Shown piece after piece: positions 14,614-26,736 of a stretch of DNA of 64,000 nucleotides. The position numbers and the translations under genes were made by a program. The notes beneath the pieces were generated by a model, which was given only the letters and a program-made list of their open reading frames with translations, was not told where the DNA came from and searched no databases. Each line of letters starts with the position of its first letter. Positions within the stretch are counted from its first letter, which is position 1. This stretch comes from Yuukianura sp. NJ FZ-2021 (taxonomy: Eukaryota): contig CM102290.1 of assembly GCA_046563655.1 (NCBI GenBank), positions 12,276,001 to 12,340,000 on the forward strand, written 5' to 3'.

Positions 14614-16204
<1,591 letters not shown>

Positions 16205-17029
16205 CTCGTTCATTTGACAAGACAGTAGTTCGGTTTCAACCTGCCCCGCCTTCAGTGACATCAATTTAATTAGAAGATACGGGGGAATGGGACTATGGGA
16301 CTGCATCCCAGAGTTACCCCTGAAAGTAACTCTGCTGAAGGACACAAAGCCTATTTAAAATGACGACAAAATTTTGTTTAATAGTATTTAACCAATGACT
16401 TTGCTATTAACAAAACTTTTTGGTTGAATCTGGAAAAGTGGATCCTACAATCTCAAATTTTCTTTTTTTTTAATTCTATTTTTTTTTCTATAAATTTTTC
16501 TATTAGGTCAATAAGTCACGAAATATTTAAATCCCACGTGCCGGTTTATGTGGTGCCTGATGAGTAATATGGAAAGCAATGAAGTCGTGGACCTCTGCCG
16601 TACAATTTTGCGTTACGGTTATGTCGAATCAAACGGGACTCTAATCGTCCTGTACATTGTAATTGTCACTTCTATAATCAAACCGAAACTGTATGTAACT
16701 TGATTAGCTGCAACATGTAAACTGATATGGAAATCAACTAAATGGAATCTCTACTTCTACTTCTTCCTGGATAAGAAATGTTGGAGCATCTCCAGAAAAA
16801 ACCTTAACCAGGAGTTCCGGACTGCCACAGTTATGTTGGATGGACACAAAAAATGGAACGTTGAAATAAACAGTGACAGTGCCAGGAGGCAGTTGGAAGT
16901 TTAGAGTCCAACCTTAGTTGACATCCCACGAGTCTCCGAACGTGACCCAGTCTTACGTAGAGAGTTGACAAGGAAGGATATCCAATACTCCACTGTCTAT
17001 TGTCTGCAAGTTACCTCAAGGTTTTCAGG

Positions 17030-20000
17030 ATGTTCCACTCGTCACTTGATAGTCAGGTCATCCAAGGCTTGCCGGAACACACAATCTCGGATACAATCTC
17101 GGAGTCCTCAGACGGTGCAACGCTTATGTCTCTCTCACGTGAAGATTTGTCGCAAGTTGGAGCTGGACCGATTCGGGAAGACGTGAGGGTCAGCCGCAAG
17201 AAGCTGGAGACGCTCATTTTGAAAGGTCAGCACTAAAATTTCAATTTTCTTTAGATTTTATACAAAACTGACCAGGGAATGCACAGTTTGACGTTCACGG
17301 ACAAAAATTTACGTTAGGATTGCTGCCGCAGACGATCGACTAATGTCGTAGACCACACATTGACCTACGTACCTAGAATTTCGACCAATCACAGTCCGTT
17401 CTACTAGCACAAATACGTTTGAATCTGGGCACTTAAAGTTAGTTAGCTTTCTTCATTGTCATTTTCATCTATTGATCACCATCTTTTGGCGTCATTAGCA
17501 AGTTCATTGCCATCGGTGCGTCAATTGACGACTCCGTTAAAAAAGTAGGTCAACGACTTCGGTTCTGTTGTTGTTTAAATTTAAATTTAACTGCAATTCT
17601 TACTTGTGCGGACATGGAGAGTATTGCCCTCAATTTACATAAGCTTAACATAGCTCCGCTTGCTGGACATGGACATTTTTGTGGTATTGCATCAGTAGTT
17701 ACTTGCCGCAAACTAATTAAAAATAGCTCCAATTAGAATTTTCTCCAGGAGTCACTGCTCCTTTGGTCTAAGACGGTATAGTAGCTCTCTACGTTTTTAG
17801 CTAAACTGTCTTAAAGTCTGGAATTGTTAGCATTTTAGATGTTGTTGACCTCTGCGTACTATGTTTAGACCAAGTTCCATAAATTTAAGCTTCATGTGTA
17901 GCATAACCTAATTTGTCGATCGATGACCCACAAATCCTTTCATTGTTGGCTTTCTTTTCATACTGGAGTGACCTAATCCGGTCAGCGTCATCTTTTTATC
18001 AATGGTCTCTACGCCTTTAAGAAAAAAGAGAGCAAAATAGTACCAACCATGGCGTAAGTGACGTCATGATTTAAAAGTCAGCAGCAGAAGGTCACTGAAC
18101 TTTGCATTGATGATGTCATAACTTCCGGAAGAGGGTAAGGTGGACTAAATGTCCCGTTCACTATGCTATTTGTGGGGGTTGGACAGGAAGTTTCTCAATA
18201 CTACCCGAAGTGTTGGTCCACTTAAAAAATTCGGGTCATTGACCTTTGGAGACAAAGAAGTCAATGTCCTCTTCTGATCGTCTGACTCGGAGTCTCAAGA
18301 TTTCTTGTCAAAATCAGCAGTTTTTTGTTCGAATTTTGTTGGACATGACTCGGTTCTCTTGACCTCAACCAATTACTAATTAAGTGGATTTTCTTAGAAA
18401 GTGACTATATTTTTTAGTAGGATTTTACTAAATAGTAAGATTGAGAGTAATAGACATAATGGTTGACTGTAGTATTTCTGGAGATCTTCCAGCAAAGACA
18501 TTCCCTACAAATGCGCTAGCTGCCTTCGCAGATGCAATGTTTCATCCAGCTATTCACGAATGTTTGTTTTCTCAAATTCTAGAACGAGATGATGCTTTCA
18601 CTGGCAAAGGATTCATTGAAGCTGTAAGTCAATTTGCGAAATCAAAAATCTTAAATTCTTGAAAATTTAGTATTTATCTGTAACGTTTTTTCTGTTGTTC
18701 CCAGGTTATGGAATCCACGAACACGTATATCGAGTGGCCATCCCGGATGAAAATTGGAGAGAAGACAAAGAAAGGTATCGATTTTACTATGTACAATTTC
18801 AGTTTCAGTTTCACTTTATAAGGAAAAATTTCAGCTATGAATGTTTGAGATTTTAAAATTTTGAATTTTCTGAATTTTAGACCTCTTTGTTCGGATTTAT
18901 GGACATGAAGAAAATGAAGTCAGCGAAGCCAAAGCACAGATTTTCCAGGAACTTGGACCACAACGGGTACAGTTTGAACGATGCCACGAATCTTAGAGCC
19001 TGAAATTTAAAAACAAAAAGAGGTTTTTAGAAATTAAACTTTGATTGTCTGTGTTTTTAGGATTTGAAAATTACGCTTAAAATGGAGATTAGTTACACTG
19101 ATCACTCGCATCTGATTAGCTGTCGTGGAGCAACGATTCGCGAGGTGATGGACGACACTGGTTGCCACATTCATTTCCCAGACTCAAATTGCATGTCGAT
19201 TGAACACAAGATAAACCAGGTTACAATTTCTGGGGCAGTGATTGATGGTGTGGAGCAAGCTCGTTCCCGTGTTCGGGTAAGCGGCAAATTTCAAAATTTC
19301 GGCGTTTCAATAATTTTCAACCATGGCTGATTTTATTTCTGTTTTTAGGAACTGAGCCCATTGATTTTTCAATTCAATTTACCGGTAATCCAAGCTCGAT
19401 TTGACGTGCACAGGAACCCAGACGCTCACAACGTTTTCATTGACAACATTCAGACGACTTACAACGTTATGGTATGGACGGCTTTAATTTTTTTTAATTA
19501 AGAATCAAAAAGTAGAGTATTATTATTTTTTTTTTGAAATTCTCATAGGTGACTGTTCATCCGCCGAACAAACTTCAGCAGACGACCATCGCAGTCAAAG
19601 GTTGCGAAATTGACCATAATCAAGTGAAGGAAGCAGTCGGAAGAATTATAAACTACTTTGCATGCGATACTCCGGTTAGTCACTTCACTTAATTCACAAA
19701 TCACAACTTCAAAACTTTGAATTTTTGACATCTAATTTTTGAAAATTCCGTTTTCAGGTTTCTCCGATTTTGGTTGAGTCTACAATGGAACTTACGCCAA
19801 TTCAACTCTCATTTGTTCGCTTCGTCAACGATTCCAACATTCACGCAATCATGATGGGCACTGGAGCTAAAATTGTGTTTCCAGATTTGTCTGATGGAAA
19901 CATTCAGCACATCAAGCGATCACGCATCTTCATCACTGGAGAGTTGGACAGCGTCTACTTGGCTCGCCAACAACTGATTGTAAGCAAAACATTTTCAAGT

Positions 20001-21912
20001 TTTTTTTTGTCGAATTTAAAAAAAAAATATTTCTGAACTTTGTTGCAGGGATGTCTTCCGCTTCAGTTGATCTTTGACTTGCCTGATCCGTATCCACTTG
20101 AGTGGGAAACTATTTGTCAAATTTGTGCTGAGCGGAATGTCCACGTCTATTTGATCAACAGCAGCCGAATTCGTTCTGGATCAAACTCTGTAGCAGGGTC
20201 AGGACTTCCGCCAGTTCCTGAACGTGGACGTACTGTGCAGCTCATAACGGCTGAGCGAAATGCTGAAGATCTCATTGAATCTCGACGTAGGATTTTGGGT
20301 GGAATTGAACAGCCAACAATTGCTAGAATTCCACAAACTTATTTTCGGCGTCACATTCAACCACCACCAGGTACCATGTTCGAACACGCATTCGCAGCAT
20401 TTTGACAAGCAACTTCTCAAACAATCATGCAAATGTTCATGTTTCTAAAATGAGTTTAACGCAGCCATTTTTTTCCTAGGACATGTGCCGTTTGCTGGTA
20501 ACTTGGCACCGATGATGCTCAATAGTCCAAACATGCTGTCTCCAGTGCTCTCTCCATCGTTGTTGCCACCGACGCCATTTTCAACGCAGTTCTGCTCACC
20601 ACATATGTTGCATCTCCAGTCTGGACATCACGATCAATCATTGATCGGTACTGGATCAATTACTCCAGGAGCTGGACATTGTGGAAGACCATTTCAAGGG
20701 CTTATGCCGCACAAGTACGGAAGAGACTTCGGTGCAGGACTTGATGGACGCAGTCCAGTGGGCATGCGCACTCCGAATTTTCATGGAAGTCCATTGGCTC
20801 CTGTCAATTTGTTGCCACAATTTGACTTTCAGCAAAGTCGTCGAGCTCCAGGATTCGAACACTCAAATGCAATTTCAGACTTTTTTGTCTACCCACCAGC
20901 GGAGGACGATAGACGACAAAACCCGCTGAAGGACAAGAAATATTTGGCAGAGAAGGGTAAATCTAAAAAATCCGTTCTAACCATTCACTGTAACCACCGA
21001 TGTTCTTAATTATTATAGCGCCTGATTGTAATCGCTTACATCCTTCATTAACCATCCTATGGGTTTGAGTTCTAATTCCAAACTCTAATTTCTTTTCTGA
21101 AAGCAAATTTAGCTGAGGGTGGAGGTGCTTGTCATCGATGTGGGGTCGAAGGGCACTTTTCTAAGGATTGTCCGGACAAGAGTAAGTAGAAACTCCACTT
21201 TCATGATCATGACTTTATCTTTCGGTACAGATTTTTACCAATATTGTTTTTTTTTTGACAGAAGAGGGAGAGGGAGCTGTCGGACACGATGGAAAGCCGA
21301 CTAAACGCTACACACCCGCCAATTTTGCAGAAGGTGAAGACGCTTTTCAACGACAGAACACAGACTCAGGAACTGGCATCAACTTCTCCTCCTACGCAAC
21401 CATTCCTGTCAAGGTCAGCATTCCATTGGCTCTCTGTTTTACTTTTACCATTTTGAGGAACATTTTATTTCGGTCTGTTTCTCTCACAACAGCCAATCAC
21501 AATCAGTTTCTCAATTTGGAGTTTCACTGTAAAAGCTTTCCTTGACTTCAAAATTTCTAAAAATTTTCGTTTTTTTTAGTCCTCCGATGAGCTAACGGCT
21601 GCGCGTGAGTTGTCTGCGCTAATTGCTGCGGCGAAAAATGAAGTAACTGGTCTTCGTCGACAAGTAGTCAGCCTGGAAAAATATAACAAGGAATTAGAGG
21701 AAGATCTGTCAGCTAGAATCAAAATTCGTCGCAAAATTGAGCTTCAACTGGATCTTGAAAGAGTGAATCACACGAAGACGAAACTGAAGCATGAACATCT
21801 CGTCTGGCTCAAAAATCGATACGAGGAGAAGTTGAGTGACCGAGCCACCCTCCAGGCAGAGCTGAGCCTCGCCAAATCCGAGTTGGCTAAACAGAAACGA
21901 CAATTCGATTAA
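17030..21912 (+). CDS. Bicaudal-C-derived KH protein with Vasa-like CCHC/GINF segment and C-terminal coiled coil (13 exons, ~813 aa)
   Basis: BicC motifs RVSRKKLE, VMESTNTYIEWPSRMKIGEKTKKD, LKMEISYTDHSHLI..TGCHIHFPDSN, ELSPLIF, GCLPLQLIFDL and DKKYLAEKA. Exons 17030-17225, 18583-18623, 18705-18774, 18881-18966, 19061-19276, 19349-19471, 19549-19674, 19758-19979, 20049-20370, 20480-20956, 21104-21181, 21262-21413 and 21580-21912 join in phase with no stop. Confidence 0.85.
17762..17872. repeat. Short imperfect inverted-repeat element in intron 1 of the BicC-like gene (possible MITE remnant)
   Basis: TTGGTCTAA...ATAGTA at the left end and TACTAT...TTAGACCAA at the right end. Confidence 0.3.
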
Positions 21913-22622
21913 TCTGATAGTTTAAAATACAGCCTAATTCACAGTTCATTGTATTGAACCGCCATTTTTGTCACCGTTTGGTATTATGGGTAATGATCTT
22001 TAAAACAATGATTTGCCAACAACTTGTTGTAAACAGTTTCACTTGGCCTCTTGAATTATTAGCATGGAATGAGTTTTAGCACAATTGTGTTTGTCTGCCT
22101 TAATTCACAAAATCTTAATTCACACGACGACTGACTGTAACTTTGTGGGGCCAACTACAAATCTAAAACGCTGATATATTTTTAGAATTTTTAAACCCAA
22201 AAGCAAACCTCTCACCCAAAAGTCGTTCAAAATTATTAGGTTGCTTTTGTTTTCGAAGGTAGAGTTATAAGAAATACTATTTATGAACTTTGCCTTTTGA
22301 ATTCTTCAACCTTTCAAAACAATCGCTGGCGGTGGTGAGTCACCACTGGGTGGTTACAAAAAGGCGGTGGTTGGTTTACTGTGTTTGGTGTTTTTTTTCA
22401 AAAATCACTGAAAATTTTAATGTCATTCTGGTAAGATTTAGTGATAAAAAGGCCCATCACGAGTATGGAGAAACACGAGCACTACAATGGCTCATGTGAA
22501 CTTCAACCCGCGTGTATTTATCTAGTTGTAACATACCACCTAAAATACATTAGCTTCTGATTTACTTCCGGTAGAATTCCGCTAAAACATACGTTTAATT
22601 CCTAATCCTAACTAACAAAGCA

Positions 22623-23470
22623 TTATACCACATTCTCATTCTCATTATCCAAGTTGCAATAACTTCCATACATCATATTGCAAGATGCACTGTGATCTAT
22701 TTCTTGAGTGCCGCCATATTCTTTAGTAAGTTGATCCTCAGCTATTTCCTGGAATATCACGCGTTGCCATTCTTTTTCATCCGAGTTGAAAATCTTAACA
22801 CGTTCTACAGTATTTCGACTCATAAAGGGCTTGAGCAGGATATACAAGATCGGTAACATCCAATTTGCTAAATGAAAATTTAAAAAAAAAAGTTAAATGA
22901 AATAAAAAATGAAATAAAAAATTCAAAATATTTTTGAAAAATGATTTTGTCGAAATCAGATTAACCGTCGTACCGTTGATGACATAGAATGATTTTAGCT
23001 GCTGAGGGTACAATTGCTCACTTCGCTTTGTCCATTCAGACAGAGTTAAAATTGCTTAAAAAAAGAAGATTGTTTTAACAATTATTAATGTTTTTTGAAA
23101 TTACGCTTCATTTTATATCTTACTCTGCCGATGCATGAGTTCTCTGATTGTGTAGCCCTTCAAATCAAAAATAATTATAACACCGTTGATGGCGCCTTGC
23201 GACGATTCTATTGCATCCTTCAATCTGTCTTGATTGATTTCAGTCATTTGAATTGCATGACGCAGAAAGCTGTCTTTTTTGCCACTTTCAATGGCGTCAC
23301 GCAAGCGCCAGCGGCCAAACGGAACTAATAAAACTTTTGAAAAAAAAACACACGAAAATTAGATAGTAAACGTTACGGAATACTTAAGAAATTTGTTTAG
23401 TACTTGGATGCCCGTTCTTGTCAAATCCATTGTTAGCATAAGGAAATAAGTTGATTTTCACTATCGCGTT
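22623..23470 (-). CDS. CRAL-TRIO / SEC14-like lipid-binding protein; first exon not located
   Basis: Four in-phase exons: FPYANNGFDKNGHP / ILLVPFGRW..IIIFDLKGY / YPQQLKSFYVIN / LLKPFMSRNTVERVKIF..IAEDQLTKEYGGT. These are typical SEC14-domain motifs. Confidence 0.88.
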
Positions 23471-23760
23471 CTGACAATTATATAGAATAGCTTCACATAA
23501 TTATTGTTAAGTAATCATTACTAATCAGTAAAATTAAACAACAATCAATAAGCAGTACGAATCAAAGTAATAATTAGATAAATCCTTGATAAATGAAAGA
23601 AAAACAAAATGTAGGCACTGAAAAGCGTCTTGTTTTCTTATGAAATTTGAAAACAAAGGCGCGAATGTGTAATTTGATAAATTTTTATTATGGTTTTATT
23701 TTTTTCTAATAATTTTTATAATTTTAATGCATGCTGATTTTCCTATAGCAATGGGCGAAC

Positions 23761-23945
23761 ATGGTTATTCCCCTCGTATAGCTCACCAAGATCCGCCTTT
23801 TCCTAATATAGTGCGCAGTAATCCGCCTTTTCCTAATATAGTGCGCAGTAACCTGCCTTTGCCTAGTATAGTGCGCGGAAAACCGCTTTCTCCTCGTATA
23901 GTGCGCGGTAATCCGCTGAATCCGCCTAATCCGCGATCCGCCTTT
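23761..23945. repeat. 30-bp minisatellite, about 5 copies plus ATCCGC sub-repeats
   Basis: ATCCGCCTTTTCCTAATATAGTGCGCAGTA occurs exactly at 23791 and 23821 and in degenerate form at 23761, 23851 and 23881. The tract ends in TAGGGAGACCCTA. Confidence 0.85.
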
Positions 23946-24215
23946 TAGGGAGACCCTACGCAGGAGGATTTGTTCTTTGTCAGTGTTTTAATTAGTAATT
24001 CGTAAAAGATTTGAGTTGGCTGTTTCGACATATGGTTATGGTTCGCTAAGATTATGATGGTACGGTAAATTACGAGTTACATTTTCAGAGTTAACTAAAG
24101 TTTAATATGTAATTCATTGACTGCATTGTAATTTGCTGATTTTTATAGCTAGCAGTTGATTTGCTGCAACTGACTAGTACATCATCACAACATCGTTGGC
24201 TGTCATTTGTCCAGA

Positions 24216-26219
24216 ATGAATACGACTAGCGAGATAAGACCAAGACCTGAGTATGTGTGGGATCTCCTTGGGCGCCATGGAATGAAGTAATGTTAATGGC
24301 AATGTTGTTAAAACTTGTCCAGCAGGCAATATCTAACAATGTGTTGATTCTCTTGCTCTAACGTTTTAGATACAGACGTAAACTGATGGTGCTGAGTTTG
24401 CTAGTCATCGTTTTCTTCTTTTGGTTTGTTGCATCGGCTTCATATGCGTTCCGGCGACATCCAAAACTGAGCCCAGTCATAGGTAAACCAGTCTCCTGAA
24501 CTTTCATGTAATTAAATTCGACGTGAATCCGTCGCGTCAACTCATAAACTGTGCAATTAAGCTACCAAATGGCTTTTCTTTATTTTGACCAAGCTACCAC
24601 CCTTGACTCCGAGATTTTCAATCGAGACTGTCTGCGGGGTAAACACATCGACCAAAGTATTCAAGAGATTTACACAACAATTCAGGAGATTCGACTATCC
24701 AGTTTGAGAGCATGCCAGAGCTTTTTGACGGTGCTAGATAGCGTTCTTTCTATAGAGGAACTAATTGGTGAAGTCAAACTACCAGATAAATTTGCCTCCC
24801 AAGTGAACTCCTGGCTTGGAAACAAGGAAGACTTGTTTCAACAGATTTATCGTCAGGTGAGTGGATTGCTTACATTCCAGTATTTCGAATCATTTTAACT
24901 TGAGTTGCATTTTGGTCTAGAAAATTTACAGAGTAGTCAGCCATCTAAGTCATGAGGAAACGAGATTCAATTTACTCAGATCTAAAAGGCCAGTTAAAAA
25001 GTCCGGGATTGATCCGATCCAGTATATTGACGAACTCGTAAACTCCTCTTCTGCGAACTGTGATTTTTGCAATTACAAGGACCATACTGCGGAAGATGTA
25101 TTTGGGAGGTGAGTTGAAAATGCTTATTCATGTGAAACTGCTCAATCTCGTAACATTTTTTAATTTTTAGGGTCACTTCTACATATTCTGCTACTGCATC
25201 CAACACTTTTAAATTAGCCAAGTTCCATTCCCTCTTCTTTCCATTTTCTCATCATCCTCTCAATCTCAATCATTCCGTACTATTCGACGTATTCATCAAT
25301 ACAGCAACGCTTTGGTTCCAAAAGGCGTTTGAATTGGATCCAAGTCAGAGGTAAAGTCAAACAGGCAATATCTTGAACAAGTCCTTAGTAGCTGATTTTG
25401 ATTCTTGTCAGTCTAATCTAATTACTTAATTAACTTATCCAGGTTTCCATCTTTGCTGTGGGACACTTTGCCACATGCTGGAGCCAGCCAAGTCCACCCG
25501 CACATACATGGACTGTTGGATGCCAAGCAGTACGTCGGAGCTTTTGAACAGTTACACCAAAGTTCAATGCAGTATTACGCAAGGAGTAGTCGTTATCTCT
25601 GGCCCGATTTTATTGAACTTCACAAGTGCCTTGGACTTGCTGTGGAGGAAGGCAGTGCTGTTGCCATTGTGCCTATGGTAAGCCACGTTTCTCAATCAAT
25701 TGCGGTTATTATCTGCTGTTGTCGTGCAGTTCAGCGCTAAACTTCAAACTTCTAATTCAAGTGTAACACTTTTTTTGAGTTAACTGATCATACCTGTTGA
25801 ATTTGTTTCATTTTTCAGACTGCTAAAAAGGACCACGAGTTTTGGATCATCAGTCCAGAGCTGAATGGCGACGTTGTGAATCTCATTGGTCGGGTGCTGG
25901 ACACCTACAGAGCAGAACTGAATATATTTTGCTACAGTGCCGGTGGAGCTCTTCCTGTCCTTGGAAGCAGAACGACTCTGCGCCTGCGTCATGGACTTCC
26001 TGTCATCCTGCGAATTGGGTCACGGGGTGACTGTACTTCTGTTGGATCTGATGTCAGCTCTTTGGAGCTCTACACGGTAAGACTTTATTTCAAAACGTTA
26101 GTTTCATTTGGCTTCATACCTCAGAGCGCTTTTGTCTTTTCTCATAGGTGAATAACATCAATTCCGATCTTGCTCAAAGTATTTCCGCTCTCAAGAAAAC
26201 GCCGTCTCGCAGTTCCTGA
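24216..26219 (+). CDS. Type II membrane protein with GalT/HIT-superfamily nucleotidyltransferase/hydrolase domain (about 8 exons)
   Basis: MNTTSEIRPRPEYRRK followed by a TM segment LMVLSLLVIVFFFWFVASASYAF. Then FNLLRSKRP, NCDFC, SNTFKLAKFH and the histidine triad AGASQVHPHIH. The junctions checked are in phase. Stop TGA at 26217-26219. Confidence 0.75.
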
Positions 26220-26736
26220 AATTGGGATTCTGTAGACACCAATTACTGTGATTTGTGATCAAATTGAAGACGAGTACACATGCCTTCTCAAACCATTTCT
26301 TGTTTGCCTTATTAATTATTTTATTATTTTTAAAGTGAATCTAATAAACATATTTTTAGGTTTTCAGAAATTTAGGCCCCGAAATTTTGTCGTTTCATCA
26401 GAATTATCACAAGTTTGTATAATTTGCAAATGATTTTGTAAAAAAGTTGTTACAGGAGAAGCTATTTCTGTCTTTTGTGGTCTACTGAGCCCAATATTGA
26501 GATGACCTTTGACTCCAGCGTGAGTATTTTTCTTTATCAATTGTGAATGGCAATGTGTGTCCAGTTGATAAGTAATCATAAATGTAATTAATAGGAATCT
26601 TACAAGCAACCCAGTTTCATCTTCTGGAAGGAACTCTTACGACGAAGACAGAAGATACAACATTTCACACCCAATTTCAACCAAAAGTTTAATTTCTTTA
26701 GGTAAAAACATAACTTACGATTAGTTGATTTTAACA

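Noticed and set aside
21104..21413. Retroviral Gag zinc knuckle (LTR element remnant)
   Set aside because: The knuckle sits in a clean in-phase exon and is followed by a Vasa/PL10-like GINF..IPV motif. No LTR, protease or RT sequence is nearby.
23727..23948. 73-aa ORF with PPFPNIVRSN repeats
   Set aside because: It is the translation of the 30-bp minisatellite (period divisible by 3), with no splice or other coding support.
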